Source of the DNA: an uncultured Marmoricola sp.
GTDB taxonomy: Bacteria; Actinomycetota; Actinomycetes; Propionibacteriales; Nocardioidaceae
Assembly: GCA_943913695.1 (NCBI GenBank)
Contig: CALTZE010000001.1
Coordinates: forward strand, 8,877 to 72,876
DNA: 64,000 nucleotides
Direction: 5' to 3'
Position 1 is the first letter of the stretch. Every line of letters starts with the position of its first letter. Under the pieces are notes generated by a model, which saw only the letters and a list, made by a program, of their open reading frames with translations, made no database searches and had not been told where the DNA came from. A program made the position numbers and the translations under genes. Shown piece by piece: positions 30,212 to 43,446 of this stretch.

Positions 30212-31483
30212 CTAGAGCAGCGGGCGCAGGGGGACCAGGATCGACTCGGTGAAGCGGGAGTAGACATCGCGGGCCTGCCACTCGTCGAGGGTGAGCTGCC
30301 AGGAGTTGGTGAGGTCGGTGAGGAAGATCCGCTCCATCTCCTGGGCGAGCGACTCGTCGAAGAACTCGACGTTGATCTCGTAGTTGCCGGTCATGGAGAG
30401 CCGGTCGACGTTGGCCGTGCCGATCGTGGTCCAGCTGCCGTCGATGGTCGCGGTCTTGGCGTGCACCATGGCGTCGCGGAAGCGGTGGATCGCGATGCCG
30501 GAGTCGAGCATCCGGCGGAAGTAGCCGCGACTGATCCAGTCGGCCACGATGTGGTTGGACTTCGCCGGCAGCAGCAGGCGTACGTCGACCCCGCGGCGCG
30601 CGGCGACCATGAGCGCGTCGACGAAGCCCTCGTCGGGGATGAAGTAGGCGTGGGTCATCCAGATGTTCTTCTGGGCCCGGTTGATCGCCTCGAGGTACAT
30701 CGACCGGATCGGGAACATCCACAGGCGCGGCACGTTGCGGTGCACGCGGATCCGCGGCTCCCACGAGGGCGGCGTCGAGACCAGCATCGGCTTCTCGCTG
30801 CGGCGGAAGCGCTTCTCGCGGTGCAGGTTCCAGAAGTCGGCGAAGGCCCTGGTCAGGTCGGCCACGCCCGGGCCCGTGATGCGGCAGTGGGTGTCGCGCC
30901 ACTCGGTGGCGTAGGGCGCGCCGAGGTTGTAGCCGCCGACGAAGCCCACCTCGTCGTCGACCACGAGGATCTTGCGGTGGTCGCGGCCGTAGCGGCTGAG
31001 GTCGAAGAAGCGCCAGCCCGCGGAGTAGACGGGGAAGGCCAGCACCTTGATCGACGAGGGGAAGCGCTTGAAGCCGGGCCGCACCACGAGGTTGGCGAAG
31101 GAGTCGTAGATCACGCGGACCTCGACGCCGCGCTCGGCCGCGTCGATGAGCGCCTGCTTGAACTCCTGCCCGACCTGGTCGGCCTTCCAGATGTAGGTCT
31201 CCAGCAGCACCTGCCGCTGCGCGCCGCGGATGGCACGCAGCATGTCGTCGTAGAGGTCCTGGCCGAAGGTGTAGGTGGTCACGGTGCCCTCGCCGACCGC
31301 GGTGTCGGCCGCCGTACGGGTCGGGAACGGCTTGGGCTTCTTGCCGCGCCGGCGGTAGGAGTCGACGAGGCTCATGCCGATCGCGACCAGCAGTGGGATC
31401 CCGAAGACCACGCCCAGGACCCGCTTGAACCACCACACCAGCGGGTGCTTCATGTTGATCAGGGGCGCGTGGACTCGTTGCAC
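30212..31483 (-). CDS. Phospholipase D / cardiolipin synthase-like protein
   Basis: Two HKD motifs ([16 protein letters not shown]); N-terminal TM segment; start uncertain. Confidence 0.88.
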   Translation of the reverse strand: MQRVHAPLINMKHPLVWWFKRVLGVVFGIPLLVAIGMSLVDSYRRRGKKPKPFPTRTAADTAVGEGTVTTYTFGQDLYDDMLRAIRGAQRQVLLETYIWKADQVGQEFKQALIDAAERGVEVRVIYDSFANLVVRPGFKRFPSSIKVLAFPVYSAGWRFFDLSRYGRDHRKILVVDDEVGFVGGYNLGAPYATEWRDTHCRITGPGVADLTRAFADFWNLHREKRFRRSEKPMLVSTPPSWEPRIRVHRNVPRLWMFPIRSMYLEAINRAQKNIWMTHAYFIPDEGFVDALMVAARRGVDVRLLLPAKSNHIVADWISRGYFRRMLDSGIAIHRFRDAMVHAKTATIDGSWTTIGTANVDRLSMTGNYEINVEFFDESLAQEMERIFLTDLTNSWQLTLDEWQARDVYSRFTESILVPLRPLL

Positions 31484-31494
31484 GCCGTCCAGTC

Positions 31495-31516
31495 TGTCAG
31501 TGGCCGGTCGTAGGCT
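31495..31516 (+). promoter_or_regulatory. RecA-NDp / PafBC-type DNA-damage promoter of uvrB
   Basis: TGTCAGTG-N8-TAGGCT matches the actinobacterial TGTCRGTG-N8-TANNNT consensus, 7 nt before the ATG. Confidence 0.75.
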
Positions 31517-31523
31517 CGCGGGC

Positions 31524-33659
<2,136 letters not shown>

Positions 33660-33666
33660 GCGTCGG

Positions 33667-34236
33667 TCAGTTGTCGGCGTCCTCGCTGGCGTCGTCGCTG
33701 GGCGCGTCGCTGGAGTCGTCGGCAGAGTCGTCGCCGCCGAGGTCGACGTCGCACTCGGCCTGGCCGTGCTCCTCGATGGCGTCGAAGGCCTCGCTGTTGG
33801 CCTCGCTGGCGAAGTCTTGGGCGGCGGTGAGCACGCTCTGCAGGTCCTCCTGGGTCACGCCCTCGGGCAGCTGGCCGCCCTGCTGCACCTCCGCGAACTG
33901 CGCGAGGTCGATGCCGGACTGCTCGATGGCGTCCTCGAGATCGGTGATCGAGGTGTCGATCTGCTGCCACTGCGACTCGATCTCGCTGGGGGCGGCGTCG
34001 GCGAGGTCGTGCATGGTGGAGAAGAACTGCTCGACCTCCTCCGGACCGGTCTCCTGGCCGCCGAAGCCCTCCAGGGTGGTCTTGGCGTCGGCGAGCTCGG
34101 CGCAGTAGTCGCCGCCGGAGGCCTCGCCGCCGCCGCCGTCGCCGGAGGAGTCGCCGTCGCCGCCGCCGCAGGCGACGAGGAGACCGGCCGCCAGGGGCAG
34201 CGCGGCGAGACGCGTGAGTCGGTGCAGGGTGGTCAT
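33667..34236 (-). CDS. Acidic lipoprotein of unknown function
   Basis: Signal peptide with lipobox LVAC; GGAG RBS. Confidence 0.75.
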   Translation of the reverse strand: MTTLHRLTRLAALPLAAGLLVACGGGDGDSSGDGGGGEASGGDYCAELADAKTTLEGFGGQETGPEEVEQFFSTMHDLADAAPSEIESQWQQIDTSITDLEDAIEQSGIDLAQFAEVQQGGQLPEGVTQEDLQSVLTAAQDFASEANSEAFDAIEEHGQAECDVDLGGDDSADDSSDAPSDDASEDADN

Positions 34237-34340
34237 GTGGGGCTCCGTCCCGGAATCGGTGGTGGTCGCGGCCGCCCGGTGCGGCCACCACCCACGAGGG
34301 TGGCACGAGACCGGTCGTCGGCGCTCGTAGGGTGGGGACA

Positions 34341-35639
34341 GTGAGCCCGGTCAACCTCGCGCGCCGCCGCAGCCCGTGGGCGGTCTGGGGGGTCGGGCTC
34401 GCGGTCTACGTGGTGGCGGTCTTCCACCGCTCCTCCCTCGGCGTCGCCGGTCTCGTGGCCGCCGACCGCTTCGGGATCAGCGCGGCCCAGCTGGCGACCT
34501 TCACCATGCTCCAGCTCCTGGTGTACGCCGCGATGCAGGTGCCGGTGGGACTGCTGGTCGACCGCTTCGGGTCGCGCACCGTGATGCTCACCGGGCTGGC
34601 GCTGCTGACGCTGGGCCAGACGGGGTTCGCGCTGTCCACGACCTACCTCGCCGCGCTGCTCTCGCGCGGGCTGGTAGGCGTCGGCGACGCGATGACCTTC
34701 ATCTGCCTGCTCCGGCTGGTGAGCAGCTGGTTCCCGGCCCGTCGGGTGCCCTTGGTGACGCAGCTGACGGCCGTTTCCGGCCAGACCGGTGCCCTGGTGG
34801 CGGCGGTGCCGATGACGTGGGCGCTGGCCCACCTGGGCTGGACCCGCTCCTACCTGCTGGCCGCGGGGCTCGGGCTGGTGCTCGCGGTCGCGCTGGTCGT
34901 GGTGCTCCACGACACCCCCGACGGCCGCAACCTGCGCGGCGAGCGGCTCACGGTGCGGGCGGTCCGCCAGAGCCTCGCCGCCTCATGGGAGCACCCCGGC
35001 ACCCGGCTCGGCTTCTGGATGCACTTCGTCACGCAGTTCAGCACCACCACGATGTCGCTGCTGTGGGGCTACCCGTTCCTGGTGCGCGGGGAGGGGCAGA
35101 GCTCGACGTCGGCCGGCGGGCTGCTCTCGCTGATGGTGGTGGCGGTGATGCTCTCCGGACCCGCCCTCGGGATGCTGGTCGGCCGCTACCCCTGGCAGCG
35201 CTCGACGATGGTGCTGGCCATCACCGGCGCGATCGTCGCGGTGTGGACGCTGGTGCTGGCGTGGCCGGGACCGGCGCCGTACGCGCTCCTGGTGCTGCTG
35301 CTCGTGGTCACCGGGATCGGCGGGCCGGCCTCGGCGATCGGCTTCGACCTCGGTCGCACCTCCAACCCCTCCCACCGCCTGGCCAGCGCCACCGGGATCA
35401 TCAACCAGGGTGGCTTCTACGCCAGCCTCGTGCTGGTGGTGCTGATCGGCCTGGTGCTCGACTGGCGCACCCCGGGTGCGTCGACGGCGTACACGCCCAG
35501 TGCGTTCGTGTGGGCGATGTCGATGCAGTATCCGCTGTGGGCGCTCGGCCTGGTGCAGGTCTGGCGCTACCGCCGGATCGCCCGCCGTCGCGTGCTCGCC
35601 GACCCCGAGGCGATGGCCGACCTCGGGCTGCCGCACTGA
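34341..35639 (+). CDS. MFS transporter
   Basis: About 12 hydrophobic segments; GLLVDRFGSR motif A. Confidence 0.88.
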   Translation: MSPVNLARRRSPWAVWGVGLAVYVVAVFHRSSLGVAGLVAADRFGISAAQLATFTMLQLLVYAAMQVPVGLLVDRFGSRTVMLTGLALLTLGQTGFALSTTYLAALLSRGLVGVGDAMTFICLLRLVSSWFPARRVPLVTQLTAVSGQTGALVAAVPMTWALAHLGWTRSYLLAAGLGLVLAVALVVVLHDTPDGRNLRGERLTVRAVRQSLAASWEHPGTRLGFWMHFVTQFSTTTMSLLWGYPFLVRGEGQSSTSAGGLLSLMVVAVMLSGPALGMLVGRYPWQRSTMVLAITGAIVAVWTLVLAWPGPAPYALLVLLLVVTGIGGPASAIGFDLGRTSNPSHRLASATGIINQGGFYASLVLVVLIGLVLDWRTPGASTAYTPSAFVWAMSMQYPLWALGLVQVWRYRRIARRRVLADPEAMADLGLPH

Positions 35640-35661
35640 GAGCCGGGTCCACACTGGGGCC

Positions 35662-36102
35662 ATGAGCCCGACCCGAGAGATCCAGGTGACCTTCGACTGC
35701 GCCGACCCGGCCGCCCTCGCGGCATTCTGGTGCGAGGTGCTGGGGTACGCCGTGGAGTCGCCGCCCGACGGCTTCGACACCTGGCCCGACTTCCTGCGTA
35801 GCGTCGGGGTGCCGGAGTCGCAGTGGAACAGCCGCTCCGCGGCGCGACCCGTGGAGGGCGACGGACCCCGGCTCTTCTTCCAGCAGGTGCCGGAGGGCAA
35901 GAGCGCGAAGAACCGCGTGCACCTCGACGTGCGCGCCGCGCCTGGCACGAAGGGCCAGGAGCGGCTCGCCGCGCTCGACGCCGAGGCCGAGCGGCTCGTC
36001 GCCCTCGGCGCCAGCGTGGTGCTGCGCCAGGAGCCCAACGCCATGGACGAGGCCTGCATCTGGATGCACGACCCCGAGGGCAACGACTTTTGTCTCGACT
36101 AG
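35662..36102 (+). CDS. VOC/glyoxalase-like protein
   Basis: VTFDCADP..LAAFW, KNRVHLDV, DPEGNDFC. Confidence 0.88.
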   Translation: MSPTREIQVTFDCADPAALAAFWCEVLGYAVESPPDGFDTWPDFLRSVGVPESQWNSRSAARPVEGDGPRLFFQQVPEGKSAKNRVHLDVRAAPGTKGQERLAALDAEAERLVALGASVVLRQEPNAMDEACIWMHDPEGNDFCLD

Positions 36103-36119
36103 GGCTCCGGAGCCCCGGC

Positions 36120-36797
36120 TCAGCGGTGGCGGACGGTCATGGCGACCAGGCGCGAGATCACCATCGCGACGTAGAGCACGCCGGCCACCTGCTCGAGGAT
36201 CACCACCGAGCGGGCGTGGTCGCCGACGGGGAGGATGTCGCTGAGGCCGACGCTGGTCAGGTTGGTGAAGGAGAAGAAGAGCAGGTCGAAGAAGCGGTCG
36301 GCCCCGGCCTCGCCGAGCGGTTCGATCGAGCCGGGGTAGACCACGGCGACCACGACGTAGACGTGGGCGAAGCCCCAGGCCAGCACCGTGAACGCCGCGC
36401 CGATGGCCCACAGCTCGTCGGTGCTGACGCGGTCGTCGTGGAAGAGGTAGCGGATCAGGCTCACCGAGACGTAGAAGTAGAAGATCGCGTGCAGCGCGCC
36501 GCTGGAGATCGCGATCGCGTCGGACTCCGGGCGGAAGGCCTCCGCGACGGTGAGCATGACGGCGGGCAGCCCGACGGCGACGGCGATCACCGAGAGCGCC
36601 GGGGTGTTGCGCACCACCGCGACGGCGAGGGCCACGGCCACCATCGAGAGCACGCCGAGCACGGTGGCGCCGACGATGCCGTCGGAGAGGAACGGGTAGG
36701 CCACGACCGCGGCCAGCTGGGCGAGCAGCAGCAGCGCGCTGGGCTTGTGCAGACCCATCTGCTGCAGACCCGCGGTGTCGCTTCGCCCTGTCTCCAT
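36120..36797 (-). CDS. Potassium/ion channel domain membrane protein
   Basis: FSFTNLTSVGLSDILP pore-helix-like motif; several TM segments. Confidence 0.75.
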   Translation of the reverse strand: METGRSDTAGLQQMGLHKPSALLLLAQLAAVVAYPFLSDGIVGATVLGVLSMVAVALAVAVVRNTPALSVIAVAVGLPAVMLTVAEAFRPESDAIAISSGALHAIFYFYVSVSLIRYLFHDDRVSTDELWAIGAAFTVLAWGFAHVYVVVAVVYPGSIEPLGEAGADRFFDLLFFSFTNLTSVGLSDILPVGDHARSVVILEQVAGVLYVAMVISRLVAMTVRHR

Positions 36798-36868
36798 CGC
36801 GCGAGAGTCTAGGCTCGCCCGTGGCGTCCACGGGACGACCACGCCACAGGGGAGCCAGGGAGGTGCGC

Positions 36869-37408
36869 GTGCCCAGCGTCGAGCCGACCCTGCAGCCGTC
36901 CGCGCGCCGATGGCTGGCGGTCGACGTGGCCCTGCTGGGCCTGGCGCTGGTGCTTGTCGTGGTGCTCGCCGTGCTGTGGACCCGCGACGACGCCCCAGCG
37001 GCCGGCGACCCCCACGCCGAGCGCCTCTCCGCGCTGCAGCGCGAGGTCGCGGACGCCGCGCTCGCCGAGGTGCGGGCCTTCCTCGAGGTCGACCACCGCG
37101 ACATGGACGCCGTCACGGAGCGCGTGCTCGCGGGAGCGACCGGCGACTTCGCCGAGCAGTACGCCGTGGGACGCGACCGCCTGGTCGCCCGGGTGGAGCG
37201 CGCCGAGGCCGAGGTGAGCAGCTCCAGCCGCGCCCTGGGTGTCGGCCTCCTCGAGGACGACCGGGCCGAGGTCCTGGTGGCCGCCGACAGCGTGCTGGTC
37301 GACCGGAGCACCGGTGAGGAGCCGCGCTTCCGCAAGCACCGGCTCCGGCTCGTACTCGAGCGCGACGACGCCGAGTGGCTGGTCGCCGAGCTGGAGCTGG
37401 CACCGTGA
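36869..37408 (+). CDS. Mce-associated membrane protein-like
   Basis: Single TM; ATGDFAEQY; AEVLVAAD; C-terminal WLVAEL. Confidence 0.65.
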   Translation: MPSVEPTLQPSARRWLAVDVALLGLALVLVVVLAVLWTRDDAPAAGDPHAERLSALQREVADAALAEVRAFLEVDHRDMDAVTERVLAGATGDFAEQYAVGRDRLVARVERAEAEVSSSSRALGVGLLEDDRAEVLVAADSVLVDRSTGEEPRFRKHRLRLVLERDDAEWLVAELELAP

Positions 37409-37944
37409 GCGGCGCGCTGCCGCGCGGGCTGCGGTGGGTCGGCCCAGGGGCCACCTTCGTGCTGGTGCTGCTCTGCCTCGCGCTCGGCGCCGGTGTCGCC
37501 CTCACCCTGCTGGGCTCCGACCGCACCCCCAGCACCCGGCCCTCCACCGAGCGACCGGTCACCTCCGTCGCCGCCCGCGAGGCCGCGCTGGAGGGGGCGG
37601 GCCCGCTGACCGAGCGGGTGCTCTCCTATGACTGGGAGGGCTTCGACGGGGTGGTCGAGGAGACGCGGGGCGAGCTCCTCTCCTCCGGCTTCGGCGAGGA
37701 GTACGCCGCCCAGATGGCGTCGCTGCGCCCCCGCGTGGTGCGCGACCGGGTGACGGTGCGCGCGACGGCGCGCCAGGTCGGGGTGGTCTCGGCCGGGCCC
37801 GACCGGGCGGTGGCGCTGGTCTTCGCCGACCAGGTCAGCACCACCCAGGGCTCGCCCGGCCGACGCAGCGACCAGGTGCGGGTGTTGGTCACCCTGAGCG
37901 CCGACGAGGGAGTGTGGCGCGTGTCCCGGATGGATGCCTTCTGA
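37405..37944 (+). CDS. Mce-associated membrane protein-like
   Basis: GTGA overlap; TM; VLSYD; ALVFADQ; WRVSRM. Confidence 0.65.
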   Translation: MSGALPRGLRWVGPGATFVLVLLCLALGAGVALTLLGSDRTPSTRPSTERPVTSVAAREAALEGAGPLTERVLSYDWEGFDGVVEETRGELLSSGFGEEYAAQMASLRPRVVRDRVTVRATARQVGVVSAGPDRAVALVFADQVSTTQGSPGRRSDQVRVLVTLSADEGVWRVSRMDAF

Positions 37945-38936
37945 TGAGAGGTCACGACGTCGAGACCGACCTGCTGATCGTCGGAGCCGGGCCCACGGGC
38001 CTCTTCGGCGCCTACTACGCGGGCTTCCGCGGCATGCGGGTGGCGGTCGTCGACTCGCTGCCCGAGCTCGGCGGGCAGGTCTCGGCGATGTATCCCGAGA
38101 AGTCGATCCTCGACATCGCGGGCTTCCCGTCGGTCAAGGGCCGTGAGCTGGTCGAGCAGCTGGTCGAGCAGGCCGCGAGCGCGCGACCGGCGTACCTGCT
38201 CGGCCGCACGGCCTCCTCGCTGGAGACCACGGACGAGGAGTCGGGGACCGGGGTGGTGATGCAGCTCGACGACGGCACCACGATCACCGCGAAGGTCGTC
38301 ATCATCACCGCCGGGATGGGCAAGTTCACGCCCCGTCCGCTGCCGGCGGGGGAGGGCTGGGAGGACCGCGGTCTGGTCTTCTTCGTCCCCTCCTTCGCCG
38401 AGTACGCCGGCCGCGACGTCGTCATCGTCGGCGGCGGCGACAGCGCCTTCGACTGGGCGCACCACCTGGAGCCGATCGCCCGCTCGGTGACGCTGGTGCA
38501 CCGCCGCGACCAGTTCCGCGCGCACCGAGCGACCGTCGACGCCGTGCTCGCGGGCTCGACCGAGGTGATCACCAAGGCCCAGGTGACCCGGCTGGTGGGG
38601 GAGCACCACGTGGAGTCGGTCGAGATCACGACCGCCGACGGCGAGGTGCTCACCCGGCCCGCGCAGAGCGTCGTGGCCGCGCTCGGGTTCGTCGCCGACC
38701 TCGGCGCGATGCAGCAGTGGGGGCTCGACTTCGACCACCGCCACGTGCGGGTCGACACCCACATGCGCACCAACCTGCCGCGCGTCTTCGCCGCCGGTGA
38801 CATCACCGAGTATCCCGGCAAGGTGCGGCTGATCGCGGTCGGCTTCGGCGAGGTCGCGACCGCGGTCAACAACGCGGCGGTGCTCGTCGACCCCGACGCC
38901 CACGTCTTCCCCGGACACTCCTCGGACGGCAGTTGA
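37944..38936 (+). CDS. TrxB-like ferredoxin--NADP reductase
   Basis: GAGPTG, GGQVSAMYPEK.I.DIAGF, GGGDSA, HRR..FRAH, GDI..YPGK..LI; no CxxC. Confidence 0.85.
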   Translation: MRGHDVETDLLIVGAGPTGLFGAYYAGFRGMRVAVVDSLPELGGQVSAMYPEKSILDIAGFPSVKGRELVEQLVEQAASARPAYLLGRTASSLETTDEESGTGVVMQLDDGTTITAKVVIITAGMGKFTPRPLPAGEGWEDRGLVFFVPSFAEYAGRDVVIVGGGDSAFDWAHHLEPIARSVTLVHRRDQFRAHRATVDAVLAGSTEVITKAQVTRLVGEHHVESVEITTADGEVLTRPAQSVVAALGFVADLGAMQQWGLDFDHRHVRVDTHMRTNLPRVFAAGDITEYPGKVRLIAVGFGEVATAVNNAAVLVDPDAHVFPGHSSDGS

Positions 38937-38960
38937 CGGACGTTCAGTAGAGTCCGCAGG

Positions 38961-40202
38961 GTGCGCGTCGCCCTGCTGTCCTACCGGAGCAAGCCGCACT
39001 GCGGGGGGCAGGGCGTCTACGTCCGCTACCTCTCCCGCGAGCTGGTGCGCCTGGGCCACGACGTCGAGGTGATCTCCGGGGCGCCCTACCCCGAGCTCGA
39101 CCCCGGGGTGCGGCTCAGCAGGCTGCCGAGCCTCGACCTCTACCGCGAGCCCGACCCCTTCCGCACGCCGCGGCTCTCCGAGCTGCGCGACCTGCTCGAC
39201 GTCACCGAGGTCCTGGAGATGTGGGCGGGCAGCTTCCCCGAGCCCCGCACCTTCGCGCGCCGCGCGGCGCGGCTGCTGGCCCGGCGCCGCGACGACTTCG
39301 ACGTGGTCCACGACAACCAGACGCTCGGGTGGGGGATGGTCGACGTCGAGCGGATGCTGCCGACGGTCACCACCATCCACCACCCCATCAGCGTCGACCG
39401 GCGCACCGACCTCGCCAGCACCCGCAGCCGCTGGAAGCGCTTCGGGCTGCGCCGCTGGTATGCCTTCACCCGGATGCAGGCCCGTGTGGCCAGGCAGGCC
39501 GGGCGCGTGCTCACGGTCTCGGAGTCGAGCCGCCGCGACATCGTGCGCGACTTCGGCGTCGACCCCGCCCGCGTGCAGGTCGTGCCGCTGGGCGTCGACG
39601 AGGGCTTCGTGCCGCCCACCGAGCCCCGGGTGCCCGGTCGCATCCTGGCGATGGCCAGCGCCGACGCCCCCATGAAGGGGGTCGCGACCCTGCTGGAGGC
39701 GGTGGCCAAGCTGCGCACCGAGCGCGACGTGCACCTCGTGCTCGTCTCCAAGCCCACGCCGGGGGGCCGTACCGAGCGGCTGGTCGATGAGCTCGGCCTC
39801 CACGACGCGGTCAGCTTCGTCCACGGGGTCGACGACGCCGAGCTGGTGCGCCTGATGGGCTCGGCCGAGGTCGCCTGCGTGCCCTCGCTCTACGAGGGCT
39901 TCTCGCTGCCCACCGCGGAGCTGATGGCCTGCGAGACCCCGCTCGTGGTGAGCCGCGCCGGCGCTATCCCCGAGGTGGTCGGCCCCGACGGGGAGTGCGC
40001 CGACCTGGTGCGGCCCGGTGACGTGGGCGAGCTGGAGCACGCGCTGGCCGCGCTGCTCGACGACCCCGACCGGCGCGCGCGGATGGGCCGCGCGGGTCGC
40101 GCCCGGGTGCTGGAGCGGTTCGGCTGGCGGGCGGTCGCGGAGGCCACCGTGGCGGCGTACGACGATGTGGTGGCGCGCCGGGCGCGCCAGGAGGAGGACT
40201 GA
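38961..40202 (+). CDS. GT4 glycosyltransferase, ManT-like (MMP alpha-1,4-mannosyltransferase)
   Basis: SYRSKPHCGGQGVY, PSLYEGFSLP..E.MAC; context next to MeT1-like gene. Confidence 0.8.
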   Translation: MRVALLSYRSKPHCGGQGVYVRYLSRELVRLGHDVEVISGAPYPELDPGVRLSRLPSLDLYREPDPFRTPRLSELRDLLDVTEVLEMWAGSFPEPRTFARRAARLLARRRDDFDVVHDNQTLGWGMVDVERMLPTVTTIHHPISVDRRTDLASTRSRWKRFGLRRWYAFTRMQARVARQAGRVLTVSESSRRDIVRDFGVDPARVQVVPLGVDEGFVPPTEPRVPGRILAMASADAPMKGVATLLEAVAKLRTERDVHLVLVSKPTPGGRTERLVDELGLHDAVSFVHGVDDAELVRLMGSAEVACVPSLYEGFSLPTAELMACETPLVVSRAGAIPEVVGPDGECADLVRPGDVGELEHALAALLDDPDRRARMGRAGRARVLERFGWRAVAEATVAAYDDVVARRARQEED

Positions 40203-40203
40203 G

Positions 40204-40922
40204 GTGCTGACCGTCGACTTCGAGCGGCTGGGGCTGCGTGCGGGCGACCGCGTGATCGACATGGGGTGCGGCGCAGGTCGCCACGCCTTCGAGATGTATC
40301 GGCGGGGCGCCGACGTCATCGCCTTCGACGCCGACGCCGACGAGCTGCACGGCGTCTCGGAGCTCTTCGCGGCGATGCGCGAGGCCGGCGAGGTGCCCGC
40401 TGGTGCCGAGGCCGACGTCAAGCAGGGCGACGCGCTCGCGCTGCCCTTCGCCGACGGCGAGTTCGACTGCGTGGTGGCCGCGGAGGTGCTCGAGCACATC
40501 CCCGACGACGCGGGCGCGATCGCCGAGCTGGTGCGCGTGCTACGTCCGGGCGGCACCATCGCCGTCACGGTGCCGCGCTACGGACCCGAGCGGGTCTGCT
40601 GGGCGCTGTCGACGGCCTACCACGAGGTCGAGGGCGGACACGTGCGGATCTACCGCGGCTCCGAGCTCGCCGCGCAGCTGGAGCAGGCGGGCCTCGTGCT
40701 GGAGGGCCGCGACCACGTGCACGCGCTGCACTCGCCCTACTGGTGGATCAAGTGCGCGGTGGGCGTCGACCGCGACCGGCACCCGCTCGTACGGGCCTAC
40801 CACCAGGTGCTGGTCTGGGACATCATGCGCACCCGCGGCATCTCCCGGGTGACCCGCGCGGCCGAGCGGCTGCTCGACCCGGTCATCGGCAAGAGCCTGG
40901 TGCTCTACCTGCGCAAGCCCGC

Positions 40923-40926
<4 letters not shown>
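40204..40926 (+). CDS. Class I SAM methyltransferase (putative MMP 3-O-methyltransferase)
   Basis: IDMGCGAGRH, LPFADGEFD, EVLEHIPDD. Confidence 0.8.
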
Positions 40927-42882
<1,956 letters not shown>

Positions 42883-42893
<11 letters not shown>

Positions 42894-43224
42894 CGGGGGG
42901 AGGTGTCGTGTCGGCTTCTCGGGCCGCGGCTCGGGCAGCACGGCCGGCGGGGGACCGCGAGGACAGCAGCTTCAACGCCTCGAAGTCTCCCTCGATGAGC
43001 GCACGCTTCTTCGCCCGACTCCAGCCGTGGATGCGTCTCTCGGTGGCGTAGGCGTCCCTGATCGACTCGGACTCGGCCGCCCACACCAGGGTCACCGGTC
43101 TCCGCCGCCGGGTGTAGGCGGCGACTTCCCCAGCGTTGTGCTGGAGGAGCCGTTGAGCCAGGTCGATGGTGCTGCCCACGTAGTAGGAGCCGTCCGAGCA
43201 CTGCAGGATGTAGGTCCACGCCAT
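42883..43224 (-). CDS. Stand-alone GIY-YIG nuclease (113 aa, UPF0213-like)
   Basis: WTYILQCSDGSYYVGST.DL..RL.QH..G....YT..RRPV.LVW...ER.IHGWSRAKK.ALI. Confidence 0.9.
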
Positions 43225-43320
43225 GGTCGGATGTTTGCCCGAGGTAAGACGCAGGATCCGAGACTGCCTGTCGCCTGTGGAGGAGCGGCCGCGGGGTGAG
43301 CCTGTGGAGGGTTGGTGGCG

Positions 43321-43446
43321 CCCCTTCGTGGCTCGCTGCGCTCGCACCTCAGGGAGCGGTGATGGTGCGCTCGCGCCTCAGGGGGCGGTGGTGCTGCGCT
43401 CGCACCTCAGGGAGCGGTGGTGGTGCGCTCGCACCTCAGGGAGCGG
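43321..43446. repeat. REP-like repeat cluster right of the nuclease: full B (43321-43359) plus three partial copies, 29-bp period
   Basis: GCGCTCGCRCCTCAGGGRGCGG starts at 43338, 43367, 43396 and 43425. Confidence 0.9.

Noticed and set aside
36102..36115. 14-bp palindrome GGGCTCCGGAGCCC between convergent genes
   Set aside because: Short and GC-rich; at most an ordinary terminator stem, and no other copy was noticed.
37626..40568. Very long antisense or alternate-frame ORFs (e.g. 980 aa here, 917 aa at 47017-49770, 830 aa at 27484-29976)
   Set aside because: Shadow ORFs expected at this GC content; they overlap well-supported genes and have no recognisable motifs.
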